A stretch of DNA of 64,000 nt from positions 154,500 to 218,499 of the forward strand of contig CAVYIM010000004.1 in NCBI GenBank assembly GCA_963768655.1, in the 5' to 3' direction. The notes under the pieces were generated by a model. The model worked only from the letters and a program-made list of their open reading frames with translations, ran no database searches and was not told the DNA's origin. The stretch comes from an uncultured Chloroflexia bacterium (GTDB taxonomy: Bacteria; Chloroflexota; Limnocylindria; Limnocylindrales; CSP1-4). Positions 8,821 to 17,859 of the stretch are shown here, piece by piece (position 1 is the stretch's first letter; the number at the start of each line of letters is the position of its first letter). The position numbers and the translations under genes were made by a program.

Positions 8821-10314
8821 CTAGCAGTTCTGGGAGAGGACCTCGATCACCTCGCCGTCCGAGTTGCGGATGGCGACCTGCAAGGGCATCTCCCCGGGCA
8901 GTGAATGAGTGGCGCAGCCGAAGCACGGGTCGTACAGGCGGAAGGCCATTTCGACGCGGTTCAGCAGACCCTGGTGAACGACGACGCCCTTGTGGATCAG
9001 GCTCTCGGCGGCTTTCTTGACCGACATCGCCATCGGGGCGTAGTTGTTCGTGGTCCCCACGAGCAGGTTCACGGACGTGAGAACGCCGCGCTCGTCGGTC
9101 ACGTAGTGGTGGGTGAGGGTGCCTCGCGGCGCCTCGACCGTGCCGACGCCCTCGGTGGGCTTCTCGGTCGGAACGACGCGGACGTCCGGCGAGGTGATGT
9201 CGGGATCGGTCGCCAGCTCGACCATCCGCTCGGCCGCATACAGCAGCTCGACCAGGCGAGCCCAGTGGGTGGCGAGACGATGATGGACCAGGCGCTTTCC
9301 ACCCGACTCCGGCTTGGGAGCAAGGGTGTCGTAGAAGCGCTCGTACGCGGCCTGGGCCAGCGGCGTGGCCATGCCCTCGGCGGTGTTGAGGCGCGACAAT
9401 GGCGTGGCGCAGTACACGCCCGAGTCGGCACCGTCGACGAAGCCCTTCCAGCCGACCTTCTTCAGGTACGGGAACTTGAGGTACGTCCAGGGCTCGACGT
9501 GCTCGGCGATCCAGTCGCGGTACTCGGCCGGGGCGTAGGTGCCGACGCGCTGGCCGTCGGGCGACATGATGCTGACCTTGCCGTCGTAGAAGTTGATCTT
9601 GTTGTTCGGGTCCACCATGCCCATGTAGTAGGTCCGGTGGGTGTACCCGTCGGAGAGGACCATTTCCCTGTAGGCGTCGTTGCCGAGCACGATCTGGTCG
9701 AAGATGCCCAGGCTGAACTGGGCGAACTCGACCGACCAGCGGCCGATCTTCTCGATCTCGGCGCGCTGCTCCTCGGTGATGCCCTGGGTCATGCCGCCTG
9801 GCACCGCGGTGGCCGGGTGGATCTTGCGGCCGCCGATCATCTCGACGACGTTGTGGCCCTGCTTGCGGGCCTGGATGACCTTGCTGCCGACTTCCATGCC
9901 GACCTTGGCCAGCACACCCAGGATGTTGCGCTCGGCCGCCGGGGCATCGGGTCCGACCACGAAGTCGGGGCCGCCCAGGGCGTAGAAGTGAGTGGTGTGG
10001 TCCGTGACGTAGAACGCGCTGTAGAGCAGCTCGCGCAGGAGCTTGGCCGTTCGGGGCGGGTCGACGTGGTAGACCGCGTCGGCGGCCTTGGCCGCGGCCA
10101 TGTGATGCGCTTCCGGGCAGACGCCGCAGATACGGTTGGTCAGCGTCGGCATCTCCTCCACGGGGCGGCCGACGCAGAACCGTTCGAAGCCGCGCAACTC
10201 CGGGATCTGGAAGTACGCGTTGGCGACCTCACCGTCCGGATCGAGGAAGATCTCGATCTTGCCGTGGCCCTCGAGCCTGGTGACGGGGTCGATGGTGATT
10301 CGTTCCATGCTCAC
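8821..10314 (-). CDS. mvhA: [NiFe] hydrogenase large subunit, MvhA-like (group 3 type)
   Basis: Contains PVTRLEGHGKIE, the N-terminal Ni-binding motif RICGVCPEAHH, and the C-terminal DPCFGCATH followed by a 27-aa cleavable extension. GTG at 10314 overlaps the small-subunit stop. The ATG at 10308 has better SD spacing. Confidence 0.9.
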   Translation of the reverse strand: MSMERITIDPVTRLEGHGKIEIFLDPDGEVANAYFQIPELRGFERFCVGRPVEEMPTLTNRICGVCPEAHHMAAAKAADAVYHVDPPRTAKLLRELLYSAFYVTDHTTHFYALGGPDFVVGPDAPAAERNILGVLAKVGMEVGSKVIQARKQGHNVVEMIGGRKIHPATAVPGGMTQGITEEQRAEIEKIGRWSVEFAQFSLGIFDQIVLGNDAYREMVLSDGYTHRTYYMGMVDPNNKINFYDGKVSIMSPDGQRVGTYAPAEYRDWIAEHVEPWTYLKFPYLKKVGWKGFVDGADSGVYCATPLSRLNTAEGMATPLAQAAYERFYDTLAPKPESGGKRLVHHRLATHWARLVELLYAAERMVELATDPDITSPDVRVVPTEKPTEGVGTVEAPRGTLTHHYVTDERGVLTSVNLLVGTTNNYAPMAMSVKKAAESLIHKGVVVHQGLLNRVEMAFRLYDPCFGCATHSLPGEMPLQVAIRNSDGEVIEVLSQNC

Positions 10315-11390
10315 TTCTCCCCGTCGGTGTTCCAGGCCGCCTTGGAGCTGCGGAGCAGCGAACCGGCCAGGCTGAAGCGGTAGAACTGGCCCGCGGGATC
10401 GACGATCCCGTCGAGCACCCTGTCGATGTCATCGGGCTTCTGCGCCTCGACGACCGACGCGTATGCCGAGATCAGCCGGGCTCCGTAGTCCACGACGCCG
10501 TCGGCCGCCCCGTAGCAGCCGATGCACGGCGCCCCGACGGCGGGGCAGAGCGCACCGCAACCGTCGCGGGTGGCGGGGCCGTTGCAGGGCAGGCCCTGCT
10601 CCAGCAGGCAGATCTCCGGGTCGAAATGGGCGACCTGCTGGATGCGGACGAAGCGGTCGATCTTCTTGACGTCGCGCCTGCGGGCGCACTCGTCGCATAC
10701 GGTCGACTCGCCCGCGCCCAGGACCGCGCCCCTGGGCGGGAGAGGACCGGTCCCGTTGAGGGCCTTGACCACGGCCTCGAGGGCCGCCCAAATCTGCTTC
10801 GACTCGGGCGGGCAGCCGGGGATCGTGTAATCGACCTCCACGACCTGGTCGAGCGTTCGCAGCATCGGCTCGAACTCGGGCAGGTGCAGGACGCCTTCGG
10901 GCGCCTGGTACTCCCAGACCGGCCGGATCCCGTCGGGGTTGTCCGTGCTGGTCGTGGAGAAGGCGGTGTCGATGATCTGCTTGCGGCTCGACAGGTTGGC
11001 CAGGCCGGGAATGCAGCCCTCGCCCGCGCATGAGCCGAAGGCGACCATGAACTTGGACTTGCGGCGCAGGAGCCGGGCCAGGTGAACCGTCTCGTCAGTC
11101 CGCATGCTGCCGGAGACGAGCGTGATCGTGATCTCGCCGTCGTCCATGGCTTCGATGTCGGCGTACTTGCCGTCCATGATCGTCGGCCACAGGACGATGT
11201 CGAAGGCGGCCGCCACGTCCACGATGTGCTCGTGGATGTTGACGATCGCGATGTCGCAGCCGCCGCATGAGGCGGCGCCGAAGATCGCGAGCTTGGGCTT
11301 GGCGGCCGACTTCGCCGCGGGCTTGGGGGCCGGCTTGGGAGCCGGAGCCGCGGCCTTCGCCGCGCCGTTTGACTTCGAGGTCGGGCTCAT
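10311..11390 (-). CDS. mvhG: [NiFe] hydrogenase small subunit, MvhG-like, with Ala/Lys/Pro-rich N-terminal tail
   Basis: Contains FGAASCGGCDIA and later Cys clusters (CDECARRR, CNGPATRDGCGALCP, PCIGC). The start overlaps the mvhD stop as ATGA. No alternative start lies before the first Cys motif. Confidence 0.85.
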   Translation of the reverse strand: MSPTSKSNGAAKAAAPAPKPAPKPAAKSAAKPKLAIFGAASCGGCDIAIVNIHEHIVDVAAAFDIVLWPTIMDGKYADIEAMDDGEITITLVSGSMRTDETVHLARLLRRKSKFMVAFGSCAGEGCIPGLANLSSRKQIIDTAFSTTSTDNPDGIRPVWEYQAPEGVLHLPEFEPMLRTLDQVVEVDYTIPGCPPESKQIWAALEAVVKALNGTGPLPPRGAVLGAGESTVCDECARRRDVKKIDRFVRIQQVAHFDPEICLLEQGLPCNGPATRDGCGALCPAVGAPCIGCYGAADGVVDYGARLISAYASVVEAQKPDDIDRVLDGIVDPAGQFYRFSLAGSLLRSSKAAWNTDGEK

Positions 11391-11971
11391 CGGGCTACCG
11401 CCGCATGCTGCGGGTTGGTGCCACCGGGGGCTGAGGGCGGTCCGCCGGCGTCACCGCCGGTCGCCTCCCAGGCCGTTTCGAGGTCGACCGCGTCCAGGTC
11501 GACCATGTTGCCGGCCGGCCAGTTGAGCGGTCCGAGCGCTCGAACCTCTTCGGTGACCCGGGCGATCTCGTTTGCCAGGCGGACGCCCTCGGCGGCGCTG
11601 GCCCAGACGAGCTGGAGGCGAGCCGGTTCGATGCCGAGCGCCTCGATCGTTCGCTGCAACAGTTGGAAGCGCCGCAGGGCCTTGTAGTTCTGCTCGATGT
11701 AGTGGCATTCGCCTGGATGGCAGCCGCTGACGAGGACCGCGTCGGCCCCCTCGGCGTAGGCCTTGAGCACGAACGTCGGATCCAGCCGGCCCGAGCACAT
11801 GAGCCTGATCAGGCGCACGTTGGGCGGGTACTTCGTCCGCGCCGTGCCGGCCAGGTCCGCGGCCCGGTAGCTGCACCAGTTGCAGGTGAAGCCGATGATC
11901 ACCGGCTCGAAGGTGGCGGCCGGAGCCGTTCCCTGCGTGGAGGCCGGTGCGACAGGTGCCTGCGCGCTCAT
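11387..11971 (-). CDS. mvhD: methyl-viologen-reducing hydrogenase delta subunit (MvhD-like)
   Basis: Contains the MvhD signature GFTCNWCSY...LMCSGR...VLVSGCHPGECHY. Confidence 0.85.
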   Translation of the reverse strand: MSAQAPVAPASTQGTAPAATFEPVIIGFTCNWCSYRAADLAGTARTKYPPNVRLIRLMCSGRLDPTFVLKAYAEGADAVLVSGCHPGECHYIEQNYKALRRFQLLQRTIEALGIEPARLQLVWASAAEGVRLANEIARVTEEVRALGPLNWPAGNMVDLDAVDLETAWEATGGDAGGPPSAPGGTNPQHAAVAR

Positions 11972-14085
11972 GCTCGCACCGCCTCCTCGATCGCATCGTG
12001 ATGGGCTTCTGGGTAGGCGGTCCGCCTGAGCGGCGCCCCGTCGGCCCCGACTCGGAGCAGACCCTCGATCTGGGCCAGGACCTGCTCATTGCTGAAGCCG
12101 GATCCGGAGATCGCTCCGGCGGGGCAGGCCGCGACGCATGTGCCGCAGCCCTGGCACATCGCCGCGTTGATGACCGACACGGCTTTGACGTCGTCGAAGC
12201 TGATGGCGTTGTACGGGCACATCGTGTTGCAGATCCGGCAGCCGGAGCAGTGCTCCGGGTGAACCGTGGCCTTGATCGGCTCGAGGTTCATCTGCTTCTG
12301 CTGGATCCGCCCCAGGACTCGCGCGGCGGCCGCGGCGCCCTGCGCCACGGAGGCCGGAATGTCCTTGGGACCGCTGACGCAGCCGGCCACGAACACGCCT
12401 TCGGTCATGGTCGCGACCGGATCGAGCTTGGGGTGCTTCTCGATGGCCCAGCCGTCGAAGCTGCACGAGATCCCGAACCGGACGGCCAGCTCCTTCGCAT
12501 CGGCGCGGGGCTCGAGGCCGGACGAGAGGATGACCATGTCGACAGGGAAGCGACGCTGCTTGCCGACCAGCGTGTCCTCGACCTGGAGGATCAGCTTGCC
12601 CTCTTCCTCCGGAGTGCGGGCCACGTCGGTAATCTCGGCCGGCTTGCCGCGGACGAAGATTCCGCCCTCTTCCATGATCCGCTGGTAGAACTCGTCGTAG
12701 CCCTTACCGGCGGTCCTCATGTCGATGTAGAACTCGTAGATCGACGCCTCGGTGTGTTCCTTCACCAGATGGGCGAACTTGAGGCTCTGCATGCAGCAGA
12801 TCGCGGAGCAGTAGCTGTTGTGGTTCTTGTCGCGGCTGCCGACGCAGTGGACGATCGCCACCGACTTGGGCTCGGTGACTCCGTCGCGGAGGACGACGTG
12901 GCCGTTGGTGGGGCCGGCTGAGTTTGACAGCCGTTCGAACTCGAGGCTGGTGAAGACGTTCGGCAGGCGGCCGTAGCCGTACTGCTGCATCTTGCGGGCG
13001 TCGAAGAGGTCGTAACCGGTGGCGATGATGATGTTGCCGACCTGCAGGGTCAGGATCGTGTCTTCCTGGTTGAAGTCGATCGCGTTCGTCTCGCAGAACT
13101 TCTCGCAGGCCTTACAGGTGCCCTTCTCGTAGTAAGTGCAGTTGGCCCGGTCGATGACCGGAGTGCGAGGGACGGCCTGGTCGAAGGGCGTGTAGATCGC
13201 CTTGCGGTAGCCGAGCCCGGCCTCGAAGACTTCGTCGATGACCTTCTTGGGGCACTTCTCCTGGCACACGCCGCAGCCGTTGCAGAGCTCCTCGTTGACG
13301 TAGCGGGCCTTCTTGCGGACGGTGACGGTGAAGTTGCCGACGTAGCCCTCGACCTTCTCGACCTCGCTCCAGGTCAGGAGCTCGACGTTCGGATGCGTGC
13401 CGGCCGTGACCATCTTGGGGGTCAGGATGCAGGCCGCGCAGTCGAGGGTGGGGAAGGTCTTGTCGAACTGGGCCATGTGGCCGCCGATCGACGGCTCCTT
13501 CTCGACCAGGTAGACCTTGAATTCAGCATCGGCGATCTCGAGGGTGGCGCTGATGCCGGCGATGCCGCCGCCCACGACCAGCGTGGCGGGGTTGATGTCG
13601 ACCCTTATCGGCGAGAGCGGCTCGTTGCGGCGGACCCGCTCGACGCCGCCGGCCAGGATGGCCTTGGCCTTGGCGGTGGCGGCGGCCTTGTCGGTGTGGA
13701 CCCACGAGTCCTGCTCGCGGATCGAGACCAGCTCGCACAGGTACGGGTTCAGGCCGGCCCGGGCCGTGGCCGTGCGGAACGTGTTCTCGTGGAGATGCGG
13801 GGAGCAGGCGGCGACCACGATGCGGTTGAGGCCGAGGTTCTTGATGTCCTCGGTCACCAGTTCCTGGCCGGGGCTGGAGCACATGAACTTGTAGTCGCGG
13901 GCGACGACCACTCCCTGGTCGCGCAGGTTCTCGGCCGCCCAGCGGGCGACCTCGGCCACGTCGACCACGCCCGCGATGTTGCTGCCGCAGTGGCAGACGT
14001 AGACGCCGATCCGGATCTCGCCTTCCACGGGCAGTCCGGCGGAAAGCTTGCCCTCGGCCGGCGGGTGGTTGTGCTCGGCGCTCAT
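11968..14085 (-). CDS. hdrA: heterodisulfide reductase subunit A-like flavoprotein (HdrA)
   Basis: 705 aa. Contains VCHCGSNIAG, the FAD fold VVGGGIAGISA, and several ferredoxin motifs (CNGCGVCQEKCP, CSGCRICNTMCP, CQGCGTCVAACP). Confidence 0.9.
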   Translation of the reverse strand: MSAEHNHPPAEGKLSAGLPVEGEIRIGVYVCHCGSNIAGVVDVAEVARWAAENLRDQGVVVARDYKFMCSSPGQELVTEDIKNLGLNRIVVAACSPHLHENTFRTATARAGLNPYLCELVSIREQDSWVHTDKAAATAKAKAILAGGVERVRRNEPLSPIRVDINPATLVVGGGIAGISATLEIADAEFKVYLVEKEPSIGGHMAQFDKTFPTLDCAACILTPKMVTAGTHPNVELLTWSEVEKVEGYVGNFTVTVRKKARYVNEELCNGCGVCQEKCPKKVIDEVFEAGLGYRKAIYTPFDQAVPRTPVIDRANCTYYEKGTCKACEKFCETNAIDFNQEDTILTLQVGNIIIATGYDLFDARKMQQYGYGRLPNVFTSLEFERLSNSAGPTNGHVVLRDGVTEPKSVAIVHCVGSRDKNHNSYCSAICCMQSLKFAHLVKEHTEASIYEFYIDMRTAGKGYDEFYQRIMEEGGIFVRGKPAEITDVARTPEEEGKLILQVEDTLVGKQRRFPVDMVILSSGLEPRADAKELAVRFGISCSFDGWAIEKHPKLDPVATMTEGVFVAGCVSGPKDIPASVAQGAAAAARVLGRIQQKQMNLEPIKATVHPEHCSGCRICNTMCPYNAISFDDVKAVSVINAAMCQGCGTCVAACPAGAISGSGFSNEQVLAQIEGLLRVGADGAPLRRTAYPEAHHDAIEEAVRA

Positions 14086-15086
14086 TCCTCAACCTCGCTG
14101 TCGGCCATCCGCGGCATCGGCAGAGCCCGCTTGTCGGGCCTGGGCCGGTGCGCGGCAGGTGCGGCCCCGGCGGCCGCGAGCGTCTCCGCGGGGGCCGCCT
14201 TCAGGGCCGCCACCAGCGTCTTCTTCGCGTTCGTGTACTCGCGCCCGACCCCGGCCTTGCCCGGCTCGACGCCGAAGGCCACGGCCATGAGCTGGGTGAA
14301 GAACACGATCGGCATCTTGTAGTGGGTGTGGAACATGGCGTTCATCTCGCCCTGGTAGGCGTCGATGTTGATCTGGCACATCGGGCAGACCGTGACCATC
14401 ATCGCGGCCTCGCGCTTCTCGGCTTCCGCCACCAGGCGCCGGATCAGCTCCAGGCCGACCTTGGGGGCGACCTGGGTCATGTGGCCGCCGCAGCACTCGG
14501 TCTTGAGCGGGTAGTCCACCACGTCCGCGCCGAGGGCTCGAAGCAGGCGGTCGAGATCGTTTGGCTGCTCGTGGTTGGTGTAGGCCCCGTCGATATCCGG
14601 GCGGGGGACCATGCAGCCGAGGTAGGGCGCGACCTTGAGGCCGGTGAGGGGCTTCTTGACCGCGGCCTTGACCCTGTCCAGGCCGACGTCGTTGAGGATC
14701 ACCTCGAGGAGGTGGCGGACCTTGATCGTGCCCGGGTCGTAGTGCAGCCCGCCGGCCCCGAGCGCATCGTTGACGCGGGCGTTGAGCGCGGGCTGCTGGC
14801 CCATGTAGTGGTCCGTCTTGGCCAGGTTGAGGTAGCAGGCGCTGCAGGCGGCGACGAGGGGCTGGCCGTCCTTCTTCTCGCCGGCGGCGATGGCCAGGTT
14901 GCGGGCGATCATTGCGTACGCCGGAGTCGTGCTCAGGCTCACGTACTCGGTGGCGCCGCAGCAGTTCCAGTCGTCGATCTCTTCGAAGGTGATTCCGAGG
15001 GGCTCGCAGATACCTTCGAGGGACTCTCGATAGGAGCGGCCGCTGCCCTCCATGGAGCAGCCCGGGTAGTAGAGGTAGCTGGTCAT
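14082..15086 (-). CDS. hdrB: heterodisulfide reductase subunit B-like (two CCG domains)
   Basis: Starts YYPGCS, has NCCGATEY and TECCGGH (CCG motifs), and overlaps both neighbours. Confidence 0.85.
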   Translation of the reverse strand: MTSYLYYPGCSMEGSGRSYRESLEGICEPLGITFEEIDDWNCCGATEYVSLSTTPAYAMIARNLAIAAGEKKDGQPLVAACSACYLNLAKTDHYMGQQPALNARVNDALGAGGLHYDPGTIKVRHLLEVILNDVGLDRVKAAVKKPLTGLKVAPYLGCMVPRPDIDGAYTNHEQPNDLDRLLRALGADVVDYPLKTECCGGHMTQVAPKVGLELIRRLVAEAEKREAAMMVTVCPMCQINIDAYQGEMNAMFHTHYKMPIVFFTQLMAVAFGVEPGKAGVGREYTNAKKTLVAALKAAPAETLAAAGAAPAAHRPRPDKRALPMPRMADSEVEE

Positions 15087-15670
15087 TGGGCTCGCTCCAG
15101 CTGATCGGCCCGCTGCAGGATCGCCTGCAGTTGCTTCTTCTGGTGGATCTGGTGGGGCAGGATCCCGATCCGACCGTGGCGGAAGAGGCCGAAGGCCATG
15201 GGCGTCATCCCCGGCAACCGCAGGATGTAGTGGCGCAGGTAGTGGCGCGCCGTCAGGCCGATCTCCCAGCTGCGGCCGAAGCGCCTGGCCTGGCCGATGA
15301 AGACGCCGGTGAAGTCGGGCCCGACGTTGTTCGGATAGGTGTGCTCCTCTTCCGCGATGACCTTGAGGGCGTACATCACGTCCGTGATTTCAATGTCCTG
15401 CGGGCAGCGAACCACGCAGTGGTAGCAGGAGAGGCACATCCACGGCGTGTTGCTGTGGAGGACCTCGTCACGCTCGCCGGCGCGGATGAGCGCGAACAGC
15501 CCGCGCGGCGTGTGGTCCATGGCGTCCGCGGAGGGACAGGAACCTCCGCAGGAGCCGCACTGGATGCACATCTCGAGGCGCGAGACGCCTGCAGTCTTCG
15601 CGCCCACCTCGGCGAGGAAACGAACGCCCGCGTCCGTCACCTCCGGAGATGAGACCTGAGCCACGACCAT
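15083..15670 (-). CDS. hdrC: heterodisulfide reductase subunit C-like (2x[4Fe-4S])
   Basis: Contains CIQCGSCGGSCP and CLSCYHCVVRCP. An SD (AAAGGGG) lies 7 nt upstream of the ATG. Confidence 0.85.
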   Translation of the reverse strand: MVVAQVSSPEVTDAGVRFLAEVGAKTAGVSRLEMCIQCGSCGGSCPSADAMDHTPRGLFALIRAGERDEVLHSNTPWMCLSCYHCVVRCPQDIEITDVMYALKVIAEEEHTYPNNVGPDFTGVFIGQARRFGRSWEIGLTARHYLRHYILRLPGMTPMAFGLFRHGRIGILPHQIHQKKQLQAILQRADQLERAQ

Positions 15671-16110
15671 CCAAATGCCCCTTTGGTTACCGGTTTGGCC
15701 CTGGTCGACCTTGCTCCGGTCGCGCGCCGCAGCGGACGTCCGCGCCTACCTCGTGCGCGAGCGTCCGGCAACGGCGGAACCGTTCAGCCACGACCGTCCA
15801 GAGTTTGGCCGGGGTTGCGGGATATGAAGTGGGGACGCCACTGCGCTCTTGCCGGGGCGCTCCGGGCCGGGCTTCGGTGGCAACGGACCGGAGACCGACT
15901 ATGCGGGCCGCGTGACGCGGACCTACCTGTTGCCTTGTAGCTATTCTCGGAAGCCGGGTTCGGTGCCGATAGGGCCGCATGACCCGGCCCATCGGGGGCC
16001 AACCCGCCCGCGTTTCCCGGCCTCTTGGGGCTGGGGCAGCGGACAGCGGCACGACCCATACGGGCGGTATTGGGCTCGTTCGAGGGTGGACGGTAGGGCC
16101 GCCGGTAGAT

Positions 16111-17544
16111 TCAGGAGCAGAAGCGGGAGACGGCGTCCCAGAGCACGGGCAGGCCGAAGCGCAGCGCCTCGACGCCGACGCGCTCGTCGTCGCCGTGCAT
16201 CAGGTTCAGGAGACCCTCGTCGCGGGCGAGGCGCAGCGGCGAGAAGCCGTACGTCGGAACGCCGATGCGGGCCAGGTGCTTGGCATCCGTGGCGAACGGG
16301 GCGAGGAACGGCAGCGGCACCGCGGCGGCGTCGTGGTCGCGCAGGACGTGCTCGAGGAGCTGGTAGAGCGGCCCGTCGAGCGGCGCGGAAACGGAGGGCC
16401 CGATCTGCTCGCATTCGATGTCCATGCGCGCCCACAACTCCTCGCCGATGCGACGGCGCAGCTCCTCGCGCATGGCCGGCTCGTCGGTGCCGGGGAGCGT
16501 CCGGCAGTCTATCTCGATATGGGCTGTGCCGGGGATGACGTTGTACTTCACCCCGGACTGAACGATGCCGACGGAGACGGTGTCGTGGAGGATGGCCGAG
16601 ACGGTACGGGCCAGGACCGGATCGCACAGATCTCGGAGAGTGGCCTCGATGGCCCCCGGCTCGGGGGCGGTCAGGCCGTTAGCCCCCGCCAGGAGGCCCT
16701 GGATGGCGCGCGCCGCCCGGGCCGTCAGGTGCGGGATTGCCCGCGCCAGCGACACTGCGATCGGCTCCGTGAGGCGCGCCGGCCCCGGCTCCGCCAGGCG
16801 CGTCACGATTTGAGCGGCCAGAACCGCGGCGTTGTCCGGCGTAGGTATGGAGCCGTGGCCCCAGCGGCCCTTGACGTGGATCTTGTAGACGACGAAGCCC
16901 TTCTCCGCCACCTGGATCGGATAGAAGCGGACGCCACCGTAGGTCGTCGCGATGCCGCCCGCCTCGTTCAGCGCCCCGGCGGCGCGCAGCCAGTCGGGGT
17001 GCTCGTTGACCAGCCAGTCGGCACCGTGCCAGCCGCCGGCCTCCTCGTCGGCGGAGGAGCAGAAGATGACGTCGCGGCGCAAGCCCGGGATCGGATCTTC
17101 GGCTGGACTGCGGCCGTTGGCGCGCGCTGCCCGGGCGAGGCGGCGCATGACCTGCACCTCCATCGCCACCATGCCCTTCATGTCGATCGCGCCGCGACCC
17201 CAGACGTAGCCGTCCACGAGATCCCCGCCGAACGGGTCGTGCTTCCAGCCGGCCGGTTCCGCGGGCACGACGTCGAGGTGTGAGAGAAGCAGCAGCGGGT
17301 CGCCGCCGCTGCCGTCGCCGCGGACGCGGGCCACGATGGATCCGCGGCCGGGAAACGGCTCCACGACCGTCGGCCGGAGGCCTTCGTCGACGAGCACCTG
17401 CTCCAGATAGCGCGCCGCCAGGATCTCGTCGCCGGGCGGGTTGACGCTCTTGATCCGAATGAGCGCCCGAAGCAGCTCGACGAGTTCCGAGAGCTCCGTA
17501 TCGGACAACCTGCCGTCTCGTTCGCTGCGCATCTCGCCGGTCAC
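16111..17544 (-). CDS. M20 family metallopeptidase (ArgE/DapE/CPG2-like)
   Basis: Contains LLLSHLDVVP, GRGAIDMKG and SADEEAGG, which are M20 metal-binding signatures. The GTG start is preceded by GGAGG. Confidence 0.8.
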   Translation of the reverse strand: MTGEMRSERDGRLSDTELSELVELLRALIRIKSVNPPGDEILAARYLEQVLVDEGLRPTVVEPFPGRGSIVARVRGDGSGGDPLLLLSHLDVVPAEPAGWKHDPFGGDLVDGYVWGRGAIDMKGMVAMEVQVMRRLARAARANGRSPAEDPIPGLRRDVIFCSSADEEAGGWHGADWLVNEHPDWLRAAGALNEAGGIATTYGGVRFYPIQVAEKGFVVYKIHVKGRWGHGSIPTPDNAAVLAAQIVTRLAEPGPARLTEPIAVSLARAIPHLTARAARAIQGLLAGANGLTAPEPGAIEATLRDLCDPVLARTVSAILHDTVSVGIVQSGVKYNVIPGTAHIEIDCRTLPGTDEPAMREELRRRIGEELWARMDIECEQIGPSVSAPLDGPLYQLLEHVLRDHDAAAVPLPFLAPFATDAKHLARIGVPTYGFSPLRLARDEGLLNLMHGDDERVGVEALRFGLPVLWDAVSRFCS

Positions 17545-17859
17545 TCTCGCCTCCGAGCCGAATGGGTCGGCCGGTGGAGATCATGACCCAGTTGCCCGGG
17601 GAGTGCCATTCGTGGGCTACCTGGACCAGTTCCCCTCATCCGGGAATTGGGCGTCCTTTCGGCAGGTGCACGGCGTGGTAGAGGCGGTGCAGGCCTCCGT
17701 CGGGCCGGCGGTCACGCTCGGCCCGACGATCAGACGCGCCACGAGCCGTGGGATCCGGCCCAAAGCCGGGCCAGACCTGGCCCTCCCACCCGGCTGGAAT
17801 TGGACGACATGGCGCGAGCCGCTCGATGGGCGCCCGAACGACGGCCCGCCCTGCTCCGC

